This document shows positions 44,451-53,989 of a stretch of 64,000 nucleotides of DNA, in pieces. The notes below the pieces were generated by a model, which did no database searches, was not told the origin of the DNA, and saw nothing but the letters and a program-made list of their open reading frames with translations. The stretch lies in sequence record NC_052654.1. One strand, written 5' to 3'. Position 1 is the stretch's first letter. Every line of letters starts with the position of its first letter. The stretch comes from Escherichia phage vB_EcoM-Ro121c4YLVW. A program made the position numbers and the translations under genes.

Positions 44451-44479
44451 ATGTAACACAAGCTTTGTGAGTTTGTCAA
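44451..44479 (-). promoter_or_regulatory. sigma70-like promoter TTGACA-N17-TTACAT (minus strand)
   Basis: Direct reading within 360-bp intergenic region with short direct repeats (TTGATAGGT x2, ACTATAGG x2). Confidence 0.4.
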
Positions 44480-44772
44480 GGATCTAATTACATTCTACAG
44501 AAGAAGAGGGTTAATAACTATAGGAATAGTCTTACTATAGGTGCAATACTAGTTAAGACTTAGATTGATAGGTAAGACTTATCTTAAACAGATAATTGAT
44601 AGGTGAATCAGCATTGACTTTTTCAAAAAAATATGGTACCCTAAACATATGTTTACGAGCGATAGCGAGTAGTAGATTTCTATATAATAATGTTTCATGT
44701 TACTCACGATAGTGAGGTATGAAACGTAAGTGAAGGTAGATAAACTATGATCATCTATCTACCATCTATTAA

Positions 44773-44982
44773 TCAGTATAGATCCAATGTTAGACTAACA
44801 GTTATCCAACAAACAATAACAGTCCATATAACAAGTAATGATCTACAAACTACATCCCATTCAAATACATTGTATGTTAACCATTCTCCCATCACAACAC
44901 AAGAACCTAACCAACATCCAACAATAACTATAATCCAATAAAAGAATCCTACAGTAGAGTATATAGCAAAAGCTTTTAACAT
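44773..44982 (-). CDS. small membrane protein
   Basis: ORF track; SD GGAGGAAAG; two TM helices. Confidence 0.45.
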   Translation of the reverse strand: MLKAFAIYSTVGFFYWIIVIVGCWLGSCVVMGEWLTYNVFEWDVVCRSLLVIWTVIVCWITVSLTLDLY

Positions 44983-45395
44983 CTTTCCTCCAGAAGTTGT
45001 TCAACAGTTTGACGAGTATGATTGTCCCAGTAAACCTTAGTGAAGTCAAGAGTCCCTTGTTCGTTTCTCTTAGTTTCGAAGAAGTATCCGCCTTCTCTTT
45101 CTACTCTGTCTCTAATGTGCTCTATAAGGTGCTTTTTACAAGATGCTGATAAACAATAGTCATACTCCCCACGAAGCAATGCTATAGCTGCAAGCCTGTT
45201 ATCACCAACTTGAGATATTGTCCAAGAAAGCATACTACCTTTTATACCTAAAGGTGTTTGTCGAATGGAATATCCACCATGCCGACTGATAGAAATTATG
45301 GCAAGTGGTTCTCCTGTTAGGGATCTTCCTAATGCACCTTCTGTTGGACTTCCTTCAATAACACGTTTGAAAAAAGCTTTGATCTTACCTAACAT
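44976..45395 (-). CDS. hypothetical protein
   Basis: ORF track. Confidence 0.45.
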   Translation of the reverse strand: MLGKIKAFFKRVIEGSPTEGALGRSLTGEPLAIISISRHGGYSIRQTPLGIKGSMLSWTISQVGDNRLAAIALLRGEYDYCLSASCKKHLIEHIRDRVEREGGYFFETKRNEQGTLDFTKVYWDNHTRQTVEQLLEERC

Positions 45396-45413
45396 AAGTC
45401 CCCCTTAAAAACT

Positions 45414-45548
45414 TACTTGTTTAAAGTATCTCTTACTTGTTCTGCTTGACGTTTAGTAATAAAAGTCCCAACCGAAACGTTAAATTCATTGACTACAGAG
45501 AACGATCCATCACGATTCTCACGAATATTAAACAATTTCTTACTCATT
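45414..45548 (-). CDS. small hypothetical protein (about 44 aa)
   Basis: ATG after GGAGGTAGAA. Confidence 0.25.
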
Positions 45549-45743
45549 TCTACCTCCTTCGATGCTTTGTGCCGTACCATCCCAAGCCATTAGAATATTT
45601 GCCAATAGTTCACGAGGCTCTTTAAACCAAACTTCCATTTCATCAAGAATCTCGTCCGTGTCGTAAGTATAACCTGGAACACCAAGTTCGCATTTCTTAA
45701 GATAGCTTTCTAACCAGCGGTGATAATTCTTAACCCCATTCAT
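45540..45743 (-). CDS. hypothetical protein
   Basis: ORF track. Confidence 0.4.
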   Translation of the reverse strand: MNGVKNYHRWLESYLKKCELGVPGYTYDTDEILDEMEVWFKEPRELLANILMAWDGTAQSIEGGRNE

Positions 45744-46068
45744 ACTGTGCTACCTTTTCTTTTACCCAATCTACACGATCTTTATCATAATGTTGAGTGC
45801 CAAGGAAAAGACCATTGTGGAAACTTTCCTCACCGAAAGGATAAATCGGATCTAAACCATCTTCTTCAAATAACATTTTTAGTCTCTGTGATGTAGATTT
45901 CTTAGTTTCTGAGTTGTAGTTTGTGGTTATAAGCCAATCTTCCAAACAACGACACAAACCTTGACGAGAATCCCAAGGAAAAACACAATCTCCGACAGGA
46001 GCTTGTTCAGCCCATTTCAACCAGCCTTTAAAAAAGTTATACAGTATGTAGTCTTCAGTGTAATACAT
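45730..46068 (-). CDS. paralogous family A member (GLCxCL / PF(N,G) / R-x-x-WVKDR motifs)
   Basis: Start moved to Met after AAGGAGGAG; shares motifs with five other ORFs in this block. Confidence 0.5.
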   Translation of the reverse strand: MYYTEDYILYNFFKGWLKWAEQAPVGDCVFPWDSRQGLCRCLEDWLITTNYNSETKKSTSQRLKMLFEEDGLDPIYPFGEESFHNGLFLGTQHYDKDRVDWVKEKVAQYEWG

Positions 46069-46119
46069 TATCTCCTCCTTTACGTATACAATAACACCCC
46101 GAAGAACGGGGTGCAACTG

Positions 46120-46731
46120 TTATTTAATCTGTTTGAAAATTTCGTTTGGAACGGTACCGTTTAAAATACCTTCTACGATCTCCTGTGCAGACGTGTAAGA
46201 GAGTCCAAAAGAAGCTACGCCTAAAATTGCCTCCTTCAAAGGATCTGGCAGGGGTTCAAAATTACCTGCAACAAAGCCACCTGCACAAGCAGCGCCTTCA
46301 TCATCCCAGAAAACAACTGCTACATCGTTACCATGCGAAGTTGTGCGATGTGCAATAACTTCAACTTCTGTTCCTTCTTTAGGAACAGAATAAGAACTGT
46401 CCCAAGAATATCTTTCCAAATCAGGAACAAAGATAACCTTTTCACCTACTGGCGGCAGTTCACAACGATAATACCAAGAATTTTTTTCGTTCATTGTTTT
46501 ATTTTCCTCCACGTCTTCAAAAGTAACGATCCAATCGTAGCCGTAAGAAAACGGATATTTTAGATCTAAAGAATAAGTTTGACCTAGATCGTCCTCAACA
46601 AGAACCATCCTGTCAAAGTTTGCGATGTTAGGATTATGTTTAATGATAGGGTATGTTTCCCCTACAGTAAATTGCCCCAAATGGTAAAGTTCATCTCTCC
46701 AAGTAATTTGGATATGAGTGCATTGAATCAT
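46120..46731 (-). CDS. hypothetical protein (203 aa)
   Basis: ORF track. Confidence 0.45.
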   Translation of the reverse strand: MIQCTHIQITWRDELYHLGQFTVGETYPIIKHNPNIANFDRMVLVEDDLGQTYSLDLKYPFSYGYDWIVTFEDVEENKTMNEKNSWYYRCELPPVGEKVIFVPDLERYSWDSSYSVPKEGTEVEVIAHRTTSHGNDVAVVFWDDEGAACAGGFVAGNFEPLPDPLKEAILGVASFGLSYTSAQEIVEGILNGTVPNEIFKQIK

Positions 46732-46735
46732 AAAA

Positions 46736-47008
46736 TCACCCCCAAGAAATATTTATATATCTTACAATGTTTGCACTGTCTAAAGCCATGTTTGCACCAC
46801 ACCCACGCTCGCGCCAGTAACTAACAATACCTTCACAGATACTCTCTTGTATCTTCTTATCACTTGGCATTTCTAGTATAAGACTTGGATTGTGGATGTT
46901 TATGTTATAATATCCTTCCTCTGCGGCTTGAGCTACCAATTTACTTACTTTTTCAAAGTACGGGGAATTAGTGGCATCTGCCATTGTTTTTAAGGTTTGT
47001 CTATCCAT
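46736..47008 (-). CDS. hypothetical protein
   Basis: ORF track. Confidence 0.4.
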   Translation of the reverse strand: MDRQTLKTMADATNSPYFEKVSKLVAQAAEEGYYNINIHNPSLILEMPSDKKIQESICEGIVSYWRERGCGANMALDSANIVRYINISWG

Positions 47009-47373
47009 TATTCTGCCTCATCATAGAAGAAATCCAACTCTTGTTCCAGTTGTTTAACTCGATCCTTAACCCACTGTACACGTTTTTCATTAAACATGCA
47101 ACGTTTTTCCTTACACTCTTGCTCAAAAGATTTTGCTGTGTTAAACGGGAAAGTTGTATCTAAACCAGCATTTTCAAAACTGGCTAATTGCATACCATAA
47201 ACAGAATATGCTAAAGAATGATCGGCTCGAAATTCATCACTTATATACATACGTAGACCTCGGCATAAGCCAACATCAGCGTAACCACTTTCTCGTGGAA
47301 AGAGACGGAGGTGTTCTAACCAATTATTATAGAAATCTAAAAGAATCCTCTTACACTTCAAATCAATTGTCAT
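47008..47373 (-). CDS. paralogous family A member
   Basis: Start moved to Met after GAAGGAGAAAC; motifs FYNNWL, GLCRGL, FPFN, VQWVKDRV. Confidence 0.5.
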   Translation of the reverse strand: MTIDLKCKRILLDFYNNWLEHLRLFPRESGYADVGLCRGLRMYISDEFRADHSLAYSVYGMQLASFENAGLDTTFPFNTAKSFEQECKEKRCMFNEKRVQWVKDRVKQLEQELDFFYDEAE

Positions 47374-47773
47374 AAAAAGTTTCTCCTTCATCGAACAAGT
47401 TGGCAAGATTGTTCACCGCAATTTGGGTGGAAAGAAGACAACTGTTTGCAGACACATAAGCACGGGCTATTTTGTAAACATAAGCTTTCGTATTGCAATC
47501 TTCTAAAATCGGAAGACTTTCATCGATAGCATCTATAACACTAAACATTACATCTAAAACTTTAATGGTGAGTGTTGTATTTGTATCTTCGTAACCTTTT
47601 TCAATCCGACCTGAATAGAAAGTATAGTCCTCAACAGTTCGTCGTTTAAATTGGCGCATAAAATCAGAACCATCTGTAGCAGAATTGAACAAATTTTCAA
47701 AAAATACCTCCCATCCGGCAAAAAGGGCTGACAGCATGATTAAGTGGTCTACAGATTCATTTTCTTGTTTCAT
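47363..47773 (-). CDS. hypothetical protein
   Basis: ORF track. Confidence 0.4.
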   Translation of the reverse strand: MKQENESVDHLIMLSALFAGWEVFFENLFNSATDGSDFMRQFKRRTVEDYTFYSGRIEKGYEDTNTTLTIKVLDVMFSVIDAIDESLPILEDCNTKAYVYKIARAYVSANSCLLSTQIAVNNLANLFDEGETFYDN

Positions 47774-47781
47774 ATCCTCTC

Positions 47782-48459
47782 CTATTTAATGTTCAATCTA
47801 GCACACAAGCGAGAAACAGTTTTAGCATCCCACTTACCACCACGTGCTGTTGCGATTTTCTTACTATTGAATTTTTCAGCAATAGTTTTGTAAGGTGTAT
47901 TTAAATCTCTAAGGATCTCCAAGCGTTCACGGAATGTCTCTGCAAAAGCGTCTGCTTTAACAGAATTGTATTCCATTTTTCCTTTTCTACGTGCAGCGGC
48001 AGTTTTAGGATTAGCACTGCCTAATAAAACACCTTTGCTTTTTGCTACAGCAAGACCCTTTTTAATACGATCAGCAATACCTCTGACTTCTTGTTCAGCC
48101 AGAACAGACAGAAGCTGTATAACCATTTTATCTGCATCTGGCATGATGGCTATCTTAACATCGATCATTTCTAGAAGAGTTGCTACGGAGGCGTTGTTAC
48201 GACCCAAGCGGTCAACTTTAGCTACCAATAAAGTTGCTCCGGTAGCTTTACACATTTCAACCGCTTTGACCAGTTCCTTACGTTGCTTCCAATCGCCCTT
48301 ACCCGAATAGTATTCAGAAAATTGACCAATAACTTCAGCATCAGGCACAGAGTCTAAGAAGTAACGGATATCGTTCTCTTGGCTCTCCATACCATATTGT
48401 GCCTCACCTTTTTTCTGTTTAGAAAGACGACTGTAAACAACAAACTTTTTCATAACCAC
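47782..48459 (-). CDS. small serine recombinase (resolvase/invertase family)
   Basis: N-terminal VYSRLSKQKK (catalytic Ser region), LLVAKVDRLGRN, C-terminal HTH-like basic tail; 225 aa. Confidence 0.7.
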   Translation of the reverse strand: MVMKKFVVYSRLSKQKKGEAQYGMESQENDIRYFLDSVPDAEVIGQFSEYYSGKGDWKQRKELVKAVEMCKATGATLLVAKVDRLGRNNASVATLLEMIDVKIAIMPDADKMVIQLLSVLAEQEVRGIADRIKKGLAVAKSKGVLLGSANPKTAAARRKGKMEYNSVKADAFAETFRERLEILRDLNTPYKTIAEKFNSKKIATARGGKWDAKTVSRLCARLNIK

Positions 48460-48482
48460 TCCTAAACCATTGCTGTATTCTC

Positions 48483-48511
48483 ACTTTACAAAACGAATAA
48501 ACACTTGTCAA
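48483..48511 (-). promoter_or_regulatory. sigma70-like promoter TTGACA-N17-TAAAGT driving the recombinase gene
   Basis: Direct reading on minus strand. Confidence 0.45.
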
Positions 48512-48523
48512 GGTATTTATTAT

Positions 48524-48736
48524 TTACAGCCATTCTACTTTTAAGCAGTATTCTTCGACATGTTGTTTACGCTTGTTTTTGTCTATGTAAGTGTATTCAA
48601 CAAATGTCCCAAGATAATCCTTGTCCACATTGTGTTGGCTATTAATTGGACATTTAGTACGACAAACCCGTTGCCACTGACGAAGAATTACGGCTTTGTT
48701 TTTAGGATCAAAGGGATGAGGGTAATGTGCCTTCAT
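48524..48736 (-). CDS. hypothetical protein
   Basis: ORF track. Confidence 0.4.
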   Translation of the reverse strand: MKAHYPHPFDPKNKAVILRQWQRVCRTKCPINSQHNVDKDYLGTFVEYTYIDKNKRKQHVEEYCLKVEWL

Positions 48737-49060
48737 TCACGCCTCCTGTTTTAGTCGAAAAATATTTTGAATAACTAGAGATGTATAGTTATCACTTAGT
48801 CCCATAAGTTCTACTTCCAAGTTTCGAATATCTTCCACCGTAGGAGGATATGTTGGTAAAAATGCTTGAGCATTGCCAGATCCGACCTCATTGCTGTAAG
48901 CAGTTGTAAAATTGTAAGATACAAAACATGAAACACCTTTTTGTCGGTACCCGATTAATCGACGAATACACCAGATAAGAGCCAAACCTATGAGAACACC
49001 TCCTAAACCAGCCAACAAGAAGGATAAGTTCATAATAGCTTCGTTAACAACTGCTTGCAT
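48737..49060 (-). CDS. membrane protein
   Basis: ORF track; TM helix. Confidence 0.4.
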   Translation of the reverse strand: MQAVVNEAIMNLSFLLAGLGGVLIGLALIWCIRRLIGYRQKGVSCFVSYNFTTAYSNEVGSGNAQAFLPTYPPTVEDIRNLEVELMGLSDNYTSLVIQNIFRLKQEA

Positions 49061-49070
49061 TCTTTTCTCC

Positions 49071-49418
49071 TTAGTTATGTAAACCCAAATGTGCTACAAC
49101 TTCTCTACGATAAGATAACTGCATAGCGATTTTATAGCCAGGATGAAAACCATTTACATCAATGTCATCAAACCAAACCTCAAACGAACCGTGCTTAAGG
49201 GTCATTAAGTTGATATACCATTCGATAGTATAATGATCGTTAGCAATACCTTCGATGTAAAACTCTCGGCAACAATGAGATAAATCTTCACTTGTTTCAC
49301 GTTTCCAGTCTTTGATAGCACCCTTCTCTTTAGCTTTATTCAGAATGTGGATCAGGTCTTCAACTTGCATATTCTCTCCTTTAGTTCCAACTAATAACGA
49401 TGTGTTTGATAATCCCAA
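49071..49418 (-). CDS. hypothetical protein
   Basis: ORF track. Confidence 0.4.
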   Translation of the reverse strand: MGLSNTSLLVGTKGENMQVEDLIHILNKAKEKGAIKDWKRETSEDLSHCCREFYIEGIANDHYTIEWYINLMTLKHGSFEVWFDDIDVNGFHPGYKIAMQLSYRREVVAHLGLHN

Positions 49419-49935
49419 AAATACTGTGCTCTGCGGTTGCCAATGTTACATCCAAACCTTTTGCACGTAGCATTGTAGCTACAACATTTGCCCCTCTTTT
49501 CTGTTCACTTATCTGTTCATAAGAAGAAGGGTTATTGCACAAACCAAAACTGGAAGGTTCAAAGTATTTTTCAAACTTCCCTTGTTCTGCACAATCTTCA
49601 ATCTCTAATAGAACGGCGTCTACCATTTCAGTAAAATGGGAATTTGCTTGCAGTGCTTTATTACGCAGTTTATCACGTAAACTTCCCGTAGATTCTTCCT
49701 GCTCTTCTGTCTGTCCATCTTCACAGAAAGGATGAAGTTCAGCCCAGTCCCAAGCATCTCCTTCTAAAGCAAATGGAGTGTTGTAATTGAAGAAAGTGCA
49801 GCGCGGATATTCCCCGTTGAAAGAATCTTTCAGCAGAATATATTTCTTACCGTTTGCATGGAAGAGTTCTCCTTTGATAACCTTACCTACAAGGATATCA
49901 CTGTTAGTGGAACGGGTGCAAATAAATTTTTTCAT
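49381..49935 (-). CDS. hypothetical protein
   Basis: ORF track. Confidence 0.4.
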   Translation of the reverse strand: MKKFICTRSTNSDILVGKVIKGELFHANGKKYILLKDSFNGEYPRCTFFNYNTPFALEGDAWDWAELHPFCEDGQTEEQEESTGSLRDKLRNKALQANSHFTEMVDAVLLEIEDCAEQGKFEKYFEPSSFGLCNNPSSYEQISEQKRGANVVATMLRAKGLDVTLATAEHSIFGIIKHIVISWN

Positions 49936-49997
49936 GATTTTCTCCTCTTTGTTTCGATGAGATGATTATGACAAAGACAGATCCTTCTGTCAACTAT

Positions 49998-50219
49998 TTA
50001 TTTCCATTCCCCTTGGTGTTCTTTGATCTCATAAGAGTAGTATTCGAACATGCTCATACAAACCACACCAGACATTTCTAAACAAAGAGGTTTACTATTA
50101 TAAAAGGCACTTATCATTCTTCCAGCTTTATCTGCTGACTCTTTAGTATCACATCCGCAAACTGTTCTCACCCAAGGATTAGGGCCATCATACTTAAGAC
50201 GCACAATCCACATGATCAT
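49998..50219 (-). CDS. hypothetical protein
   Basis: ORF track. Confidence 0.4.
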   Translation of the reverse strand: MIMWIVRLKYDGPNPWVRTVCGCDTKESADKAGRMISAFYNSKPLCLEMSGVVCMSMFEYYSYEIKEHQGEWK

Positions 50220-50443
50220 TCTTCCATCTCAAACCATTCAGGGAACACTTTGCGGAAGACCCGCGTGTTTTCTAAGAGAAATTCCAACTCTTTTTCCAAA
50301 TCTGCGTTCCAACCGTTTATTTTAACACGGATTGCCAATGCACTTGCACGGCGACTCAATTCTTGACAGATTGGATCACGCAGAACTATTGAGTCATAAA
50401 ACTGACAAACAGCCTCAAGTTCATACCAGTTATAATCCGACAT
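50216..50443 (-). CDS. hypothetical protein
   Basis: ORF track. Confidence 0.4.
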   Translation of the reverse strand: MSDYNWYELEAVCQFYDSIVLRDPICQELSRRASALAIRVKINGWNADLEKELEFLLENTRVFRKVFPEWFEMEE

Positions 50444-50769
50444 TATTCATCCTCCTCTGCAATACGATCTCTTACCCAATTAATCCTGTCCACGTTCAGG
50501 TGACATACCTCTGCATCTGATTCTAAGATATATGCATCGTAGTTCTCATTGAAAGGGAGTGCTTGACTCAACCCTTTGTGGTAAAACTGTGCGTGCATTT
50601 CATCTGACAAGATTGTTATAATGGGGTTGTAATTACCTCTGTGCACATAATCGAACAAGTTGGCACACAAACCACAATCCCGCCGAAAAGGTTTACCATC
50701 AGGAGCACCAACATCAATCCATGCTAGATAAATTTTATAAAACTCCATCAACCTTGTGCTTGTTTTCAT
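50443..50769 (-). CDS. paralogous family A member
   Basis: SD GAGGTGG; motifs FYKIYLAWI, GLCANL, LPFN, INWVRDRI. Confidence 0.5.
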   Translation of the reverse strand: MKTSTRLMEFYKIYLAWIDVGAPDGKPFRRDCGLCANLFDYVHRGNYNPIITILSDEMHAQFYHKGLSQALPFNENYDAYILESDAEVCHLNVDRINWVRDRIAEEDE

Positions 50770-51007
50770 TTAGCCACCTCGTTAGTTTTTCTTGCTCTTT
50801 GTTTGCGCGTTCTAAGCTTCTGAACTTTAAACAGAGGGAACGAGAATCCCTACCCATGCACAAGCTTTCATCTAAGCTGTGCTCCCCAACCAACCAAAGA
50901 GAGTATGTTTGAACATCTAACCCATAGTTTCTGTCTTTCCATAATCTCACCCCAAGAACATCAAAAGGAGCTTCCGCGACTAAAGAAAGAAACCGATCTT
51001 TATTCAT
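50735..51007 (-). CDS. hypothetical protein
   Basis: ORF track. Confidence 0.35.
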   Translation of the reverse strand: MNKDRFLSLVAEAPFDVLGVRLWKDRNYGLDVQTYSLWLVGEHSLDESLCMGRDSRSLCLKFRSLERANKEQEKLTRWLNENKHKVDGVL

Positions 51008-51069
51008 ATTACACCACCTTGCTCACGTTGATAATGTATGTATACCATACATAAAATAAATGTCAAGGC

Positions 51070-51270
51070 TTATCGACACAGATAGTTGTAACGATCTGCT
51101 TTATCCTCGGCTTCAGCAAAGTCAGCAATCAAGGAAGTTTTGAGTTCTTCCAACTCTTTCACCCAAGAGTCGTAATCGTTCTGTGTTTCTCCAATAGTTT
51201 GGAGAAAACAATCGTCGTAGCCAATAGACATGGCTAACTCGATAATACGTTCCAGTTTTTCTTCCATCAC
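51070..51270 (-). CDS. hypothetical protein
   Basis: ORF track. Confidence 0.4.
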   Translation of the reverse strand: MMEEKLERIIELAMSIGYDDCFLQTIGETQNDYDSWVKELEELKTSLIADFAEAEDKADRYNYLCR

Positions 51271-51629
51271 TTCTCTCCTTCTACAGACTTCTGTTTAACA
51301 TAAAAGTAAGCACCACGAGCAAGATACAAATCATGTTCAATATCGCTCACAGGAAAACCATCTGGATTTTTAAAACCGTCTTCTACAGCCAAAATGAGAG
51401 ATCGTAAACTGATAGCTAACAACTCCATTTGATCTTGTAGTTTTCTATTTTCTGCATAAAGGTTTTTGCATTTTTGTTCTGCATTTTTCCATTGTTCTAA
51501 TGCATGATCATAGTTTCGCATAAGGATAGCTTTTTCTTGTTCACGTTTAAAAGTTTCTTCACAAATGAAACCCGTGCCTAAACCAGTTTCTTCATCTTTG
51601 ACAAACACTTCAACAAAATCTTTAGACAT
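51267..51629 (-). CDS. hypothetical coiled-coil protein
   Basis: Start moved to internal Met after AGGAGATAAT. Confidence 0.4.
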   Translation of the reverse strand: MSKDFVEVFVKDEETGLGTGFICEETFKREQEKAILMRNYDHALEQWKNAEQKCKNLYAENRKLQDQMELLAISLRSLILAVEDGFKNPDGFPVSDIEHDLYLARGAYFYVKQKSVEGEK

Positions 51630-51630
51630 A

Positions 51631-51894
51631 TTATCTCCTATTTGCTTTTGGATACTCCCAACCCTCTGGGAGATCTTCTTTACACATCCACTCAAAAGGC
51701 CAGCGACAATAACTGTGCCACTTTCCATCGAGATACAAGCAATCTTCATCCACTGGTCCACAAGGGTTGATAACTACAACACACCCTTTTGCTCGCCAAT
51801 ATTGAACTATTTCAGGGTAAAAACAAGAAACGTCGGTCCACTCCCAAATACGTTCATCATTCAAACGGTATGCTGCTGGCAATGTCTCTTTCAT
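51631..51894 (-). CDS. Cys/Trp-rich hypothetical protein
   Basis: ORF track. Confidence 0.4.
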   Translation of the reverse strand: MKETLPAAYRLNDERIWEWTDVSCFYPEIVQYWRAKGCVVVINPCGPVDEDCLYLDGKWHSYCRWPFEWMCKEDLPEGWEYPKANRR

Positions 51895-51898
51895 ATTA

Positions 51899-52345
51899 TT
51901 AAACCTCTGTCAAAGAGAAACGCCAATCCTTACTACTACCTACACCAAGGAAGATATAGTCTCCGGTACTAACGGAATATCTCCAAGCGGGAATCCAATC
52001 AGGAATCTCTGGCTTATGGCTGTAGCCATAACGCTCGCCACTCGAATCTGTTGCAATATAATTAACAAATTCAGGAACCTCTAAAGTTTCACCTTGATAC
52101 TCTACACGCTTGAAGCCATCTTCCACTTCTTTCTCACCTTCTACCAGAAGGGCAAGAAATTTGATGTGAGGGCAAGTGAAATCTTGTCCTGGATAACGTG
52201 AACGGATATCTGTTAACAATGCGACTACAGCATCCGATAACTCTTTATAATCCTCATATCTTACAAATGTGCCTTCTGTCGGATCATCAGGACACAAACG
52301 CCAAACATCGTTGCAGTTTACAGCGTAATGTCTCATTTTAGTCAT
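51899..52345 (-). CDS. hypothetical protein
   Basis: ORF track. Confidence 0.45.
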   Translation of the reverse strand: MTKMRHYAVNCNDVWRLCPDDPTEGTFVRYEDYKELSDAVVALLTDIRSRYPGQDFTCPHIKFLALLVEGEKEVEDGFKRVEYQGETLEVPEFVNYIATDSSGERYGYSHKPEIPDWIPAWRYSVSTGDYIFLGVGSSKDWRFSLTEV

Positions 52346-52354
52346 AAATCCCCC

Positions 52355-52753
52355 TTATCGTTGCGTACAATCAGCTTCTAGAGTAAGAACATTCGTTATT
52401 GTTTTATCATTTTTTAGAAATGCAAACCAAGCCAAAGTGTCTCGATACTCTGTGCGCATCATTACTACTTCAGTAGTGCCAATAAATTGTTGTGAACCGT
52501 ACATAGCACTACCATCTTTACTTTTTTCTCCTGTGTATTGCAGAATGCCACTCATCAAAGCACCACCTGAATTTTTAAGGATAAAGGAGTTATCTTTATT
52601 AATGACAACAGAAGCCATTTTCTTAGGACCAGAAATCACTTCACCTTTCAGATTTTTAACAACCACATCTGACACACACTCATAAACTTGAGACGCATTT
52701 GCTGTTCCAAGTGATGCAACGAGTAGCAATAAACCTACAATGATCTTTTTCAT
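52355..52753 (-). CDS. secreted protein (signal peptide)
   Basis: ORF track; N-terminal MKKIIVGLLLLVASLGTANA. Confidence 0.45.
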   Translation of the reverse strand: MKKIIVGLLLLVASLGTANASQVYECVSDVVVKNLKGEVISGPKKMASVVINKDNSFILKNSGGALMSGILQYTGEKSKDGSAMYGSQQFIGTTEVVMMRTEYRDTLAWFAFLKNDKTITNVLTLEADCTQR

Positions 52754-52848
52754 ATAAACTCTCCTCTTTATTTACCCGACGCGCCCCTGTTGGGCGGAAA
52801 GGGTTGTACGCAAAATTTTTAGCTCCAATCGTCGGGTGTCCCGACTCC

Positions 52849-53055
52849 TTACGCTTTTAATGTTTTAACAGAATGACAAGCTTTGCAAACCATAACCGGA
52901 ACAAGTTCATCTCCATTATCCGCATAAATCACTGTTTTCTTCATTCTGCCACCGCATGAACAATACTCTGTATGATCCGCAGGAATATTAAATATTCCGT
53001 AATCACTTTCATACTGTTTCTTACATATGGACACTGCTTTCGTAAAACAAGACAT
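52849..53055 (-). CDS. small zinc-ribbon protein
   Basis: ORF track; CxC...CxxC. Confidence 0.4.
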   Translation of the reverse strand: MSCFTKAVSICKKQYESDYGIFNIPADHTEYCSCGGRMKKTVIYADNGDELVPVMVCKACHSVKTLKA

Positions 53056-53057
53056 GC

Positions 53058-53279
53058 CTACTCCGCAAGAACCTTCACTTCGTCAGAGAAGAATACGTAA
53101 TCACAACCTTCCCAAACATCTTCTTCAAACCACTCCCATCCCTCGACTTTGGACATTTCTTCTATCGTAACAAAGAATGTTGTCATATCCTCACTAACAA
53201 GATGTGCTTCAACAACAAAAGGAATCTGAACATTCTCAAAACCAACATAACCCAATACATCACAAACTCTAATTTTCAT
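53058..53279 (-). CDS. paralogous family B member (MKIR..., W-x-W-F-E-E, DYVFF)
   Basis: ORF track; similar to 56571..56792. Confidence 0.45.
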   Translation of the reverse strand: MKIRVCDVLGYVGFENVQIPFVVEAHLVSEDMTTFFVTIEEMSKVEGWEWFEEDVWEGCDYVFFSDEVKVLAE

Positions 53280-53280
53280 A

Positions 53281-53481
53281 TTATGCTCCTTTGTAGATTA
53301 TGTTGGTGCGTTCACACTCTGCCACCAGCAAGCGATTAGCAATGTTGTCCATAGGAACATCAATCTCTACGCTCCAAGCGTTGATATACACTTCTTCAAT
53401 CTTTGCTCCAAGCATTTGTGCGATCAGAGCAACAGCGCCAGCATACTCAAGTTTAATCTCAATTACCATTTTGCACCTCAA
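53281..53481 (-). CDS. hypothetical protein
   Basis: ORF track. Confidence 0.4.
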   Translation of the reverse strand: MRCKMVIEIKLEYAGAVALIAQMLGAKIEEVYINAWSVEIDVPMDNIANRLLVAECERTNIIYKGA

Positions 53482-53483
53482 GG

Positions 53484-53720
53484 TTATTTGTCTTGCTTGT
53501 ATCTTACAAGGCGATCACACTCCAGGTCAAGAAATTTCTCCGCATTTCGTTCATGTTTGAGCACAATACATTGTTCTTTCCAGTCTGTAGCTCTTTGCTG
53601 CGCTGCTCCTGGGTCAAAATCCCAAAGCCATGCCGCGAAAAGAACAACCATAACAATTACCAAGAAACTAAACACTATTGGCATTGCACATCCTCCTGTG
53701 TAGCATGATCTTTTACCCAT
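53484..53720 (-). CDS. small membrane protein
   Basis: ORF track; TM helix. Confidence 0.4.
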   Translation of the reverse strand: MGKRSCYTGGCAMPIVFSFLVIVMVVLFAAWLWDFDPGAAQQRATDWKEQCIVLKHERNAEKFLDLECDRLVRYKQDK

Positions 53721-53989
53721 TTTATACGGGCAGCATTCAAATGCAATAGCCCGTTTCTTTGTGCAAAATCATATTTAAACCAGTCTCCGTCATCAAACGG
53801 GTATTCTTCAGACAATCCTGCTTCTCGAAATTGCATTTGCATTTCATAATTTAGGTCATCATAACCACCAGACCAAAGATAGAGGCAACTGCACAAACCT
53901 TTATCGTGCCAGAAAGGATTATTATCTGGAGCACCAGCTAACAGCCAATTATGATAGGCTTGATAAAATTCTTTAAGTTCTTCTGACAT
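53675..53989 (-). CDS. paralogous family A member
   Basis: SD AGGGGG; motifs FYQAYHNWL, GLCSCL, YPFD, IKWVKDH. Confidence 0.5.
   Translation of the reverse strand: MSEELKEFYQAYHNWLLAGAPDNNPFWHDKGLCSCLYLWSGGYDDLNYEMQMQFREAGLSEEYPFDDGDWFKYDFAQRNGLLHLNAARIKWVKDHATQEDVQCQ

Noticed and set aside
46146-46824. Plus-strand ORFs 46146..46358, 46333..46563, 46636..46824 and other plus-strand ORFs within 41.3-57.8 kb (for example 47154..47375, 47966..48310, 53300..53708, 56421..57174)
   Set aside because: All are antisense to a continuous, tightly packed minus-strand gene array; none has a convincing SD.
47782-48459. Integrase/prophage boundary interpretation of the serine recombinase
   Set aside because: Flanking genes on both sides are phage-like small ORFs in the same orientation with no att-like repeats or tRNA at the junction; treated as an intrinsic phage gene rather than a prophage end.
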